Assembly (NCBI RefSeq): GCF_036971445.1
Contig: NC_091470.1
Coordinates: 232,252,001-232,316,000 of the forward strand
Direction of reading: 5' to 3'
Origin: Narcine bancroftii
Taxonomy: Eukaryota
Length of the DNA: 64,000 bases
Shown: positions 35,301-47,769 of the stretch, piece by piece
Position numbering within the stretch: the stretch's first letter is position 1
Layout: the number at the start of each line of letters is the position of its first letter
Position numbers and translations under genes: made by a program
Notes under the pieces: model-generated
The model's input: only the letters and a program-made list of their open reading frames with translations
What the model was told of the DNA's origin: nothing
Database searches by the model: none

Positions 35301-36184
35301 ACCTGCCTGCTGGATGGAGAAGTGCATCTCAATGACATAACTGGCAGTTTGTAGTCTGGGGTGGGAGGATCTTTCTAAGGCCTCTTCCTAATTTTCAGTG
35401 CTGTCTGAGTATAATTTGCATGTTCTCACTGTGACAATCCAGGATTCCCTTGGGTGATGTGGATCCCATTCATGCCCCAGAAATGTGGCAGTAGCTCAGT
35501 TACTTGGCTGGAGTGAATTACCTCCGGAGTAGGTGGCGGTCAGAGAATCATGAGGAAATTGATGAGCATGGAAGGGAGAAAAGCTGACAGGGAAACAATG
35601 GAAGAATTTGACTCACGGGAATGCTCCGAGATAGCTGGCAAAGGTCCATTGGACTGAACAGCCTTCTTCAATTAAATGGGGGGATATGCGAGGAAGCACG
35701 GGTGGTCCACTGGGACATTTGCGGGTTTCCTAAAGGGAAACAAGTGTTCCCTTGCTTCCTTTAGATTTGTCAGGACCTGTTTATGAAGGGCTAGTCGCCA
35801 GGAATTTTCTGAGGTGTTTATTCATTCAGACACCAGCCAAAGCTGCAAATGGAGCGATTCATCTAAGCTCAGTGTTACACCTGCAGTCGTGTTTGCTGTT
35901 TGACCTGATCATTACAGCAGCACTGACATGTCACATTTCATCCTCCAGGTGTGTCTAAATCTTTGGTTCCTGTTAGAAGAGAAGTTCAATGTTAAGAATT
36001 AAACTCCCTGAAGCAAAACTAATGCAAGGCACAGTTAACATGAGTGGTGTAAGGGGGATAAAAAAAGTTCTTGCAAATTCTCTCCTTCAAAATAATTGCC
36101 CAGTGATATAAAATAACTATCTGACTCTATCAGAATATATACCTGGGCAGGGAGGCTTATACTGCACTCAGATATATTTTGTCA

Positions 36185-37003
36185 TATTGCACTAATAAGG
36201 CATGAATAATTTGTGGCATTAATATGAGTGTTATACAGGAAGGAGATAGATCAGCTCGTTGAATGGTGTAACGACAATAACTTGCACTCAGCAAAACCAA
36301 GGAGATGATTGTGGTCTTCAGGAGGAAGTCAGGGGAACACACCCAGTCCTCATCGAAGGCTCAGTAGTGGAGAGGGTCAAGAACTTCAAATTTCTGGGTG
36401 TCAACATCTCCAAGGATATGTCCTGGAGCCTCCATGTTGATGCAATCACAAAGAAAGCTCGCCAGTGGCTATACTTCGTGAAGTGTCTGAGGAGATTAGG
36501 TATGTCACTGAAGACTCTTGAAAACATCTGCAGGTATACCATGGAGAGCATTCTAGCTGGTTGCAACACTGTCTGGTATGGAAGTACTAAAACTCACTCA
36601 GAGCAAGAATAAACTCCAGAGGGTAACTCGGCCTGCGGCATCACAGGTACCAAACTTCACTTCATCAAGAACATCTACAAGACATCTACAAAGCAAGTTC
36701 TATCCTCACAGCATCTAGGCCAAGCCCTCTTCACTCTTCTACCATCAGGGGAAAGGTACAAGAGCCTGAAGACGAGCACTCAGCGGCACAAGGACAAGCT
36801 TCTTCCCTGCTGCCAACAGATTCCAGAATGATCAATGAACCGAAGACACTGCCTCGCTTTTCATCCATTATTATATCATTATTATTTTATTTTATTTTTT
36901 ACAGTAATATTATGAGATGATTTATAATATGAATGTTTGTGGTATGATACTACTGCAAAACACCGAATTTCATGACTTGTTCATGACAATAAATTCTGAT
37001 TCT
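36185..37003 (+). mobile_element. Rex1/Babar LINE 3' part
   Basis: VERVKNFKFLGVNISKDMSWS..KKARQWLYF; catgacaataaattctgattct tail. Confidence 0.85.
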
Positions 37004-37107
37004 TTGGTTCCAATTCAAAGCAGTAAAAATAGAACATTCTTGCAGACTTGGGGTTCAAAAGGTGCAATCCAGTATTATTTTGTGTCTTACCACAATTAAG
37101 TTCATGT

Positions 37108-37490
37108 TTAGAACATAGAACCATACAGCACAGTACATGCCCTTCGGCCCCGATGTTGTGCCAACCAATATATCCCTTCCTAAAAAAAAGTACTAAACCC
37201 TGTAACCTTCTATTTTCCGTCCCTCCATGCATCTGCCTTAGAGAAATGTCCCTAATGTTTCAGCCTCCACCATAATTTCTGGCAAGGTATTCGAGGCACA
37301 CACAACTCTCTGCGTAAAAAAACTTACTCTAGATGTCTCCCCTAGACATCCCTCCCTTCACTTTGTTCACATGTCCTCTGGTGTTTGCTATACCTGCCCT
37401 GGAAAATAGATGTTGGTTGTCCACCTATCTATGCGTCTCATAATTTTGTAGACCTTTATCAAGTTTCCTCTCACACTTCTACGCTCCAGT
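37108..37490 (-). mobile_element. CR1 3' end
   Basis: LERRSVRGNLIKVYKIMR; (ttctatg)n tail. Confidence 0.82.
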
Positions 37491-37592
37491 TTATTTATCA
37501 TCCGATTGTACAAGTATAACATGACGAAACAGGGATCTTCCATCCTCAGTGCGAAACAGTACAAACACACACACATACATATGGAACAACTA

Positions 37593-37793
37593 CAGTTAAA
37601 CCCTTATTATCCAGAAGTCAAGCAACCAGCAGTCTCAAGCAATGGGCAAAAAAAAATAATGGAAAATAAAAAAATACAGTTTAAAATTGGTGCGCCTCGC
37701 TGTTAGTTCACCTATCACACAACATGCAGTCTCAATCAACCGGAAAATTCACTTACCAATCACCACAGGTGCCAGACACCAGGAGTTTTACTG
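37593..37793. mobile_element. Tigger-like MITE nested in a Rex1 tail
   Basis: Imperfect TIRs cagttaaaccc..tatcc / ggagttttactg; left TA; internal tcaagcaacc repeats. Confidence 0.6.
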
Positions 37794-37814
37794 AATAAAT
37801 ATTATTTTTTATAA

Positions 37815-38049
37815 ACAATTTAGACATATAGCATGATAACAGGCCATTTGGCCCATGAGTTTGTGCCGCCCAATTTACACCCCATTAACTTACACCCCCA
37901 TATGATTTTTTTTTAATGGTGGGAGGAAACCGGAGCCACCAATGGAAAACACATGCAGACACAGTGAATCCTTACAGACAATGTCGGATTTGAACCCAGG
38001 TCCCGACCGCTGGCACTGTGAAGGTGTTGCGCGAATCAATACGCAAACC
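37815..38049 (-). mobile_element. V-SINE (HE1-like)
   Basis: Head, V-domain, tail on minus strand. Confidence 0.85.
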
Positions 38050-38632
38050 ATATAAACAAATATTACTGTTAAATAAATAGTAGAGTTGTAGAGGGCTTTT
38101 ACCATTGGAATTCACGCCAAGCACACAGAGCAATTTATAGCACCCAATTTAACCTTCCAACCATGTGTCTTCGGGAAGTGGAGGGGAAACCAGAACACCT
38201 AAGGGAGAGCATGTAAACTCCACACAGGCAGCACCAGAGCTCAGGCTTGTTAATGGAGCTTCGATGCAGAAACTTTGCCAGAAGGACCACTAAACAAGGT
38301 GCACCTAAAATACTGATGCAAAACCTGGTCACCAGCCAAAATATCATGGATTAAAAGTAGTGGGCTTTAAACAATTAAGGGCTAAAATAGAAGCTGTGCA
38401 ATTAATACTTATCTTTTCATGAGTACAGTTTTCTTGTATGGCCAATAAGCAGAATTGTTACTTCGTCCACAGGAAAATCTTAGGGTTTTATGTGATGTCA
38501 TGTAGGTACTTTGACAATAAATCTGAACTTACAACTTTTTTGAACTTTAAATTCTTAACTTTAAATTCTTAGCTGCATGAACTGATGCATTAGTGCTGTG
38601 TAGTGCACTGGGAAGGGCATCAGACCCTAAAC

Positions 38633-39007
38633 TGGTGGTTCTCAACTTTTTTCTTCCCACTCACATACCACTTTAAGTAATCCCTATGCCATTGGTGCTC
38701 TGTGATTAGTAAGGGATTACTTAAGGTGGTATGTGAGTCAGAAGGGAAGGTTGAGAATCACTGCTCAAGACCCAATTGTTACTGAAATATTGTGCTGGAG
38801 ATAAATTGTCATTGGCCCATTCCCTTTGGAGTTATGAAACCGTGCACATAACAAGTCAATGAGGTACAATTAAAGCAATGGGTTTCAAACTTTTTCTTTC
38901 CACCCACATACCACCTTAACCAATCCCTTACTAATCACAGAGCACCGATGGCATAGGGAATACTTAAAGTGGAATGTGAGTGAAAAGAGAAAGGTTGAGA
39001 ACCACTG
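38633..39007. mobile_element. Composite hAT MITE
   Basis: Two inverted mini-units plus spacer; TSD ccctaaac/ccttaaag (6/8). Confidence 0.9.
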
Positions 39008-39271
39008 CCTTAAAGTGTTGAATAACTCAAAGACCACAAAATGATCCCAAATGCATGGCCTAAATGATTCCACAGTTAAAGGTCTAGGGGGAAATGGTGT
39101 TTTAGAGTTGGCACAAAGAAGATGGGTTGAAGGGTTTCCTGCATTGTTCTACAACGATTCTGCCACCATGCTGACTTAAGGCATTTTTATCCAGGAGAAG
39201 GTAATATTCACCATGTTTCCATTGGTCCCTGTTGCAAAACTGGCGAGTCCTCGCACAGAAAGTTCACACAC

Positions 39272-39876
39272 TTTAACTTTAAGATTTTTAAAGATTTAGA
39301 GATACAGCATGGAACAGGATATACCAGCCCATGAGACAGTGCTGCCCAGTTTCACCAATCTGACCAATTAGCCTACAATGCCCGTACATCTTTGGAACCT
39401 GGGAGGAAACCAGAGCACCCAGAGGAAACCCACACAGGTCACAGGAACACGGAAACTCCACGCAGGAACAAGGAAATTCCATGCAGGAACGAGGAAACTC
39501 CATGCAGGAACGTGAAAACTCCACGCAGGAACGAGGAAACTCCACGCAGGAACACGGAAACTCCACGCAGGAACGGAGAAACTCCATGCAGGAACGAGGA
39601 AACTCCATGCAGGAACGTGAAAACTCCACGCAGGAACGAGGAAACTCCACGCAGGAACACGGAAACTCCACGCAGGAACGGAGAAACTCCATGCAGGAAC
39701 GAGGAAACTCCATGCAGGAACGTGAAAACTCCACGCAGGAACACGGAAACTCCACGCAGGAACACGGAAACTCCACGCAGGAACGAGGAAACTCCTGACG
39801 GACAGCAGCAGATTAGAACCCAGGTGACTGATGCTGCAATAGTGTTGCATTAACCGCTATGTTAACCGTGCTGCCC
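39272..39876 (-). mobile_element. V-SINE containing an expanded minisatellite
   Basis: Head at 39800-39876, V-domain and tail at 39272-39441. Confidence 0.85.
39442..39798. repeat. 21-bp minisatellite, 17 units, with a 105-bp higher-order repeat
   Basis: Unit caggaacNNNNaaactccaYg; five variants recur in fixed order. Confidence 0.95.
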
Positions 39877-40306
39877 GACATATTTCTCAAATTCCTTGAG
39901 CTATCATGCAAAGGTGATGACTTTCCACAGAGGAGCTGAGTTTAATGTTGACCGGCACTGTAAAGTTGTTGTGCTAACTGCACTTCTGTCAGCTTGTTAC
40001 CAGCTTCTGTCTCCTGAACCTCTTCCATTGCTGGAGATTAGAATTCCTTCCTCCGCCCAGCTGGAGGTTTTGATGGCAGCCTTGTGGCAGCTGATGCCGG
40101 TGTTCTTCCTGATGACAGACCTCTGCTGGAAGTGAGCCCTTGAGTTGGTGGAGCTCAGGAGTCAATTAGCAGAGGTGTGAGTTTGGCTTCAGGCAATAGG
40201 ATTTGGGTGAGCTTGCATTTGGGAGGTAACAAAAGACATGGAGGAGGGTCCTGGTATGAGATTAACGGAAGTCCAACTTTGAGGGTATCAACTGAATCGG
40301 AGTACT

Positions 40307-40855
40307 ACAGGGTTGTGTTCTTAGCCTCCTTACTCTACTCACTTTACACCTACGGCTGTGTAGCTCGGTTGAACAATAACATCATCTACAAATTTGTTGA
40401 AGATACCATGGTAGTGGGTTGAGCCAGCATACAGGATAGAGAATGAGAACTTGGCTGAATGGTGCACCAACAACAACCGTACACTCAATGTCATCAAAAC
40501 TAAGCAGCCGATTGTTGACTTTAGGAATGTCCATTGATTACTGGGGGATCAGAGGTGGAGAGGGTGAGCAAATTTAAGATCTTGGGAGTCATTATCTTGG
40601 AGGATCTTTCCTGGATCCAACACACCAATGGCATCGTGAAGAAAGCTCGTCAGTATCCCTACTTCCTCAGGAGTTTGCAGAGGTTTGGTATGACACCAGA
40701 AACCCTGGCAAATTTCTACAGATGTATGCTGGAAAGTGTCCTGACCGGCTGCTTCACAGTGTGCTATGGGGCACCAATACCCCTGAGCCCTCCAAAAGTA
40801 TGCAGCCCAGGACATCACAGGTAAAACCCACCCCACCATCGAGAAAATCTACAGG
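40307..40855 (+). repeat. Inverted local duplicate of the Rex1 segment 41504-42069
   Basis: ORFs 40534-40824(+) and 41536-41826(-) differ at 2 of 96 residues; shared private deletions. Confidence 0.92.
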
Positions 40856-41076
40856 ATACCTTCACACCCGGGAGGGGTACAAAGAGGAGGAGCAAGATCC
40901 ATGAGGGTGAGGTCCCGCTCTCCCAGAATGCTCCCTCACTGAACTCACCATTGAAGAGGTGAATAGGTCAACAAACCCTGTCACTGGAAATGGAAAGTGT
41001 TTGATATTTTTATTCTCTACTGTTATAGGTTTTTGGGACATTTCTCAGCATGGGACTTTAAAAAAATAATTCAATA

Positions 41077-42616
41077 GATTTCATATTTCAGATTTATTGT
41101 CAGAGTACGTACATGATATCACATGCAAACCTAAGATTCTTTTTCTTGTGGACGCAACAGAATTACCACTAACTAATAGCACAAAAAAAACTGTACACAG
41201 CATAAATCATAGGCAAATAAAGAACTGTAAACAGATAATGAATGTAAAAAAAAACTGACTGTGCAATACAGAAAGAATGACAAAGAAAATCAATAGAGTG
41301 CACAAGTAAGAGTCCTTAAACGAGTCCCTGATTGAGTTTGTTGTTGAGGAGTCTGATGGTGGAGGGGTAGCAGTTGTTCCTGAACCTGGTGGTGTGAGTC
41401 TTGAGGCACTTGAATCTCTTTCCTGATGGCAGCAGCGAGAGCAGGCGGGTGCTGGGTGGTGTGAGTCCTTGATGATTGCTGCTGCTCTCTGGTGAAAGCG
41501 TTCCCTGCAGATGTTCTCCATGGTGGGGGTGGGTTTTACCTGTGATGTCCTGGGCTGCATACTTTTGGAGGGCTCAGGGGTATTGGTGCCCCATAGCACA
41601 CTGTGAAGCAGCCGGTCAGGACACTTTCCAGCATACATCTGTAGAAATTTGCCAGGGTTTCTGGTGTCATACCAAACCTCTGCAAACTCCTGAGGAAGTA
41701 GGGATACTGATGAGCTTTCTTCACGATGCCATTGGTGTGTTGGATCCAGGAAAGATCCTCCAAGATAATGACTCCCAAGATCTTAAATTTGCTCACCCTC
41801 TCCACCTCTGATCCCCCAATAATCAATGGACATTCCTAAAGTCAACAATCAGCTGCTTAGTTTTGATGACATTGAGTATACGGTTGTTGTTGGTGCACCA
41901 TTCAGCCAAGTTCTCATTCTCCATCCTGTAGGCTGACTCATCCCTTTCCTTTATACAACCCACTACCATGGTATCATCAACAAATTTGTAGATGGTGCTA
42001 TTGTTCAACTGAGCTACATAGCCGTAGGTGTAAAGTGAGTAGAGTAGGGGGCTAAGAACACAACCCTGTGGTGCTCTGGTACTGATGGAGATCGTAGAGG
42101 AGAAGTTCTTACCAATCCTCACTGATTGTGATCTGGAGGGGAGGGAATCCATGATCCAATTACATAGTGGGCTGCTGAGACCCAGGTTTTGGAGTTTGCT
42201 GATCAATTTTGAGAGGATGACGGTGTTAAATGCCGAACTGTAGTCGATAAAGAGCACCTTGGTGTTTGCATCTTTGCTGTCCAGGTGTTCTAGGGCTTTA
42301 CGTAGATCCACTGAGATGGCATCTGCCATGGACATGTTGCTGCGATAGGTGAACTGGAATGTATCCATGTATGCCTCATCACCAGCCTTTCAAACACTTC
42401 ATCACTGTTGATGTAAGTGCTACTGGTCGATAATCGTTAAGACAGGTTACTACACTCTTCTTGGGCACCGGTATGATTGGTGCTTGTTCGAAACAGGTGG
42501 AAACCATGCCCTGCTGGAGTGAGATACTGAAGATATCCATGAATATATTGGTAAGTTGGTCAGCACAGACTCTTAATACTCAGCTGGGCACTCTATCTGG
42601 GCTGGATGTTTTCCTC
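41077..42616 (-). mobile_element. Rex1/Babar LINE (RT domain to 3' tail), decayed
   Basis: FQFTYRSN..LFIDYSSAFNT..APQGCVLSPLLYSLYT..KFVDDT (ORF 41823-42368). Confidence 0.92.
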
Positions 42617-42652
42617 GGATGTGAGTGGAAAGAAAAAGGTTGAGAACCACTG
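42617..42652. mobile_element. Orphan right end of the hAT MITE
   Basis: gtgagtggaaagaaaaaggttgagaaccactg followed by target-like atatagat. Confidence 0.75.
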
Positions 42653-42739
42653 ATATAGATATAAATAATGTAAATAATGGCTGCCAAAATTCCAAACACT
42701 GAGTAAAAATAAACAGCCTTGGCTTTAACAACAGCTCCC

Positions 42740-42975
42740 AAAATACAGCCAAGGACAATGGACATGTAGGAACTGGTAGTGCAAGCTCCCCCTCCAAGTC
42801 ATGCATTTGGAAATATAACTCCAATCCTTTAACATCACTGGGGCTAATTCCTGCGAAGTGTCCAAACAGTACCGTGGACTGTAGTAGTTTGGGAAGGTGG
42901 GTAACCATCACCTTTTCATGGGCTATGATTGTTCTGGTCCCACCAGCAATGCCGAGATCTCAAAATTAATTTTTT
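42740..42975 (+). mobile_element. Ancient CR1/L2-group LINE 3' end relic
   Basis: ccctccaagtca..ttggaaatata..ggactgtag..accatcaccttttc..ccagcaatgcc blocks; an inverse relic lies at about 25630-25760. Confidence 0.45.
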
Positions 42976-44404
42976 AAAGAATGAGAATACTATAAAATGC
43001 TAATCAGTAATTTAAAACAAACATTGAAATAAAGTAAAAGCTAATTCATTCTTACCTTTATCAAATGAACATAGCTTGTGTGCCAAATGTTTAATGTGTT
43101 CGGGCCCACCTTCCAGGTCCAATACTGGGGCCTGCAGCAAGAGCAGGAGGCCGGTGCATCTTAATGGACTCTCACAATGGCTTGGGCGCGGACAGAGGGC
43201 CAAGAGCAGCTGAGCTGCGATTTGGCAGTCAGCTGGCTGCAGAAGAAGCAGAAATTTGTCAGCTCAGCTTAACCCAACATGACAACTTTCACACAGGAAC
43301 CACAGGGAGAAGCTTTCAGACAGACTAAAAACCACAGACAACATGGTCGCACTTTCCACTGCGTTTTGCTCCATTGCCCAGAACAAACTTGAGAACCGTA
43401 AGAACTGGTGGTACTGGAAGTTAGGATGAACAAAGAGGAGCTGGAGGAGCATCCATGGATAGAGACGGTCAGCTGACATTTCCAAGCAGAACCTCGTATT
43501 GAGACTCTATATCAATCAAAATTTGGGTTATGTTACAGAACTTTGTGCTTGTTGCCAAATTGCAGTAGAGCCTTAATTGACAAGCAAATTAGAGAAAATG
43601 CAGCAGAGATATTTAAATAGTTAGCCCTACTCAAGGGAAGGCAAAATAGGCTCAAAATGTAAAATGAAAGCAATAGGAAAAATAAAAATGGAAAAAAATA
43701 AACATTTAAAATAATTCAATTGAAATCCGTAATGCAGATTTCCTGAAATTGAACAGTTGAGTTATTTGCTTTTCTGGCTATGGTTGGTTGTTATTGCATT
43801 AACCATGATTCAAAACTTAAAAGGTATTCAGACTCCTGATTACCCAACTTAAATTCCTGTGGAGAGTTTAATGATCAATTAATATGCAAATCCACCAACT
43901 ACTCAAAAACATGAGGGATAGAGAGTGCAAGAGGCCAATGCTGGAGACAGCAGAATGCCCCCAGCAGCTGCAACAGATTGGTCTTGTGAGCAAAGAAAGA
44001 ATAAAGTTCTGGAGATCAGGAAGGAATTAACCAAATGATGAGATGGGCAAACAAATAACAAGGAGAACTCTATCCAAACAAATGCAGGGAGGGTTTACAC
44101 GAAAAATGATGGGATAACTCGAATTGATTTGTTTCTTGTCAAAGTAAAGTTATAGAGAAATCTTCAACTTCATCAAAGTTCAGATTTATGGTGCACACAT
44201 AACATCACATACAACACTGAGATTCTTTTTCCTGCGGGCCAGGCAGAATTTCTACTTATCAGTTAGTGCAAAAAACAAACTATACTCAAGAAAAGATGCA
44301 TATACAAAAGTGAGAAATGTAAGCAAGAATAAAATGTAAATAAACTTTGCCACACAGGAGATAAGTATTCAATAATAAAGAATGTGTAAATTAAGAGAAT
44401 CAGA

Positions 44405-45360
44405 TTAAAACATAGAACACAACAGCACAATGCAAGCCCTTCGGCCATTAATGTTGTGCCATCTTATTTATTCTCACCAAAAAAAATGAAACCCTCCCTA
44501 CTCTTTCATCCATGTGCCTGTCTAAGAATCTCTGAAATGCCCTTTATGTTCCAGCCTCCAGCTCCACTCATGGCCAGGCATTCCAGGCACCCACAACTCT
44601 CTGTATAAAAAAATACCCCTGATGTCTCCCCTAAACCTTTCACCCTTTGGTTTGTACAGATGCTCTTTGCTAATCCTGACCTGGGATAAAAGTACTGGCT
44701 GTCTATCTATGTCTCTCAGATACTTGAGGAGCTCAATTAAGTCTCCTCTCATCCTTCTTCGCTCCAAAGAAAAAGTCCTAGCTCTGCTAACTTATTTTAT
44801 AATCCAGGCAACATCCTGGTGAATCTCCTCTGCATCCTCTCCATAGCTTCCATATCCTTACTGCACTGAGGTGACCAGAACTGAACACAATACTCCAAGT
44901 GTGGAAGTAAAGCATGAAAGTCTGCAGACATCGTGACTGAAGTAAACACAATACCAGAGAAACTCAGCAGGTCAAACAATACCCTTTATAGAGCAAAGAT
45001 GAAGGTTAATAACCAATGTCTCAGGCTTGAGCCCTTCATCAAGGTGTAGTGATGCCTCATGAGAGATTTGTAGAGTTGCAACATAACCTCTCGACTCTTG
45101 AACCCAATCCCCGACAAACGAAGCTCCACATCCCAAAGGGCTTCTTAACTCTCCTATCAACCTGTGCAGCAACATTGAGAGATGGATGGATTTGGACCCC
45201 ATGTCCCCTCTGTTCCTCTGCACTGTTAGGTAACCCCATACTCAGCCTTTAGGTTCGACCTTTGAAAATGCGTCACCTCACACTTACCCAGATTGAACTC
45301 CATCTGCCACTTTTCTGCCCAACTCAGCATTCTGTCTAGATCCCGTTGTAATCTATCTAC
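44405..45360 (-). mobile_element. CR1 3' part split by a Penelope terminal repeat (44905-45048)
   Basis: [23 protein letters not shown]; upstream EQRGHGVQIH..AAQVDR. Confidence 0.88.
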
Positions 45361-45955
45361 ATTGTTATGAACATGTCACAAAATTCATTGTTTTGCAGAA
45401 GAATTTCAAGTGCAATATTGCCATAAATTACATTTAAAACAAATAAATAAGTACATTAGTGTAAAATTACATTGAGAAATCTGGTGGAAAGAGGGGAAGA
45501 GGCTATTTTTTTGTATGTTGGGTGTTCGTCTTTAGTCTCCTATACTTCCTTCCTGATGGTAGCAGCGTAAAGAGGTCATGGCCTGGGAAGTGAAAGTCCT
45601 GGAGGATGCTTTCTTGAGACACCATATCGTATAGATATCTGCAGTGAAGAGAAGACTGGTGCGCATGATGGCGGTGATAGAGTTCACAACTCTCTTTTCC
45701 CAACCTGAGCATTGACACCTCCATACCAGACAATGATGCAACCAGTCAGAATGCTCTCCATGGTACACATGTAGAAATGTGCAAGAGTCTTCGGTAACCT
45801 AGCGGATCTCCTCAAACTCCTCACAAAGTATAGCCACTGGTGAGCCTTCTTCATGATTGCATCAACATGGTAGCTCCAGGATAGATCGTCAGAGATATTG
45901 ACACCCATGAATTTGAGGTTCTTGACCCACTCCACTGCTGTTCCCCAATGGTGGT
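45361..45955 (-). mobile_element. Rex1/Babar 3' part
   Basis: VKNLKFMGVNISDDLSWS..MESILTGCIIVWYG. Confidence 0.85.
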
Positions 45956-46532
45956 GGGGTAGCAACTGTTCCTGAACCTGGCAGTACGTTTCTTAAGCAC
46001 AGACTGAATGTGGATGGAACTTTAAGGTGGTTAAGAAGTTGTATGAGATCCCTGGAACATGCGAGACACTGCTGAGGCTGGAATCTGGAGTTGAGTGGCA
46101 GTGGTGGCGGTAGAAGAAGAAGAATGGTCGAAAATTTGACGCAGAACCCCTCATCATGATTACATGAGCTCCTTAACTTTATTGATGAAGGCATTGAATA
46201 TAAGTTTTATAAAGTCCATTCTTGGTCACAGCTGAGGTAATGTGCATCTCTCTGTTCTTCACATTTGGGTGAGAAATTTCAGAAATGGACTGGATAAATG
46301 ACAACAGAGTCTGATTTAATCAGGATGTGTAAAGGTCCAGCGATGGTGTATGGGAAAGAACTAGTTCCTCAGGCAGAGAGGCTTTAAACTCATATGCGAA
46401 GATTTAAGGGCATTAAGAACATTGAGCACAGAGAAGGAACAGACCATTCTGCTCACGTGTTTGTTCTGAACATGATGACAAATTAAACTAAAACTCTGCT
46501 GCTTGCAGGCAGAAGAGTTGGGGGAGCTTTTT

Positions 46533-46803
46533 AAAAAAAAAAATTAAATTTAGACATTCAGCATGGTAACAGGCCCTTTCGGCCCATGAGCCCATGGTGC
46601 CCAATTACACCCAATTACCCTACACCCCCATTACATTTATAATGGTGGGGGGAAACCAGAGCCCCCGGGGAAAACCCACACAGACACGTGGAGAACGTAC
46701 CAACTCATTATCAACTCATTATAGACAGCGCGGAATTTGAACGCTGGTTCCGATCGCTGGTGCTGTAAGAATGCTGTGCTAACCGCTACGCGAACCGTGC
46801 TGC
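46533..46803 (-). mobile_element. V-SINE (HE1-like), nested in an old CR1 relic
   Basis: Complete head, V-domain, tail. Confidence 0.88.
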
Positions 46804-47051
46804 TGAGAGTAAAAAAATACTCAAAGTATTTTGAGTGGCCTAAAAGACACTCTCTGAAGAGCCAGTGGAAGCAAGCCTCTCATCATACTTCAAAAGTTCC
46901 TTGAATTGTCAAAGGCTCCAACACTCTGAACCTAGAACCAGGGTGTGGGGTTAGATTAAATTGCTAACTTTATCCTAGAATGGACACAGTAGGCCAAATG
47001 GCCTCTTTATGTGTAGAAGTCCATGCTTGTTAATTCCAGGCTCATCCTCAT

Positions 47052-47298
47052 GGGAGGTGGATGGTTAGCGTAGCTGTTAGTGCAACGTCATTACAACGCC
47101 AGCAATTGGGACTGGGGTTCAAACCACACGCAGTCTGTAAGGAATTTGTGCGTTCTCCCCGCGTCTGTGCAGGTTTTCCCTGGGGGTTCCAGTTTCCTCC
47201 CACCCTTCAAAACCTACTGGGGTGTAATTGGGCGGCACAGACTCATGGGCTGAAAGGTCCTGTTATCGTGCTGCATGTCTACATATATTTTTTTAAAA
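47052..47298 (+). mobile_element. V-SINE (HE1-like)
   Basis: Head, V-domain, tail. Confidence 0.88.
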
Positions 47299-47769
47299 TC
47301 ATATCTCCTTTCCTTGTGGGCTAATTTGGACACAATAATAATAGAAATAAATTAATTAGCAATTGCACCTGGCCTGCAGGAAAAAGAACCTCAGAGTTGT
47401 ATGTGATGCCATCTACGCACTTCTAAAAATACTGCACAGAATTTGTTTCAGTTTCGCAATGCCGAAGGAAGTAGAAATTGTTGCAGAATTATCTATGCTT
47501 GGAGTTATACCCAATTGTAGTTTAAAGTGATAGATTAGCTTCCTGTCACAGGCCATTTATTATTGCAATTTCCTGTTCATGGTGCTGCCAATGTCAGAAA
47601 TAAATCATGATCATTAATAGAGCAGGAATCCTGTTGCAGAAAGAATCTTCCAGTGCCAATTGTAACCAATATAATGCCTTGGTGGTGCCAATTGACTAAC
47701 TGGTGCCGCACTGTTCTGTCTGCCATCAGTGGGAAGGCTTTTCTGAAGGCAAATCTTCCCGATGGTGGA

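Noticed and set aside
39288-39853. Repetitive Cys-rich or Trp-rich ORFs; CRISPR-like look
   Set aside because: A 21-bp minisatellite inside a SINE: units are contiguous, there are no unique spacers and no cas genes, and frames are open only because the unit lacks stops.
40307-42069. Inverted repeats as assembly fold-back artefacts
   Set aside because: The arms differ by scattered substitutions and a private deletion, which argues against simple misassembly; read-level confirmation is still needed.
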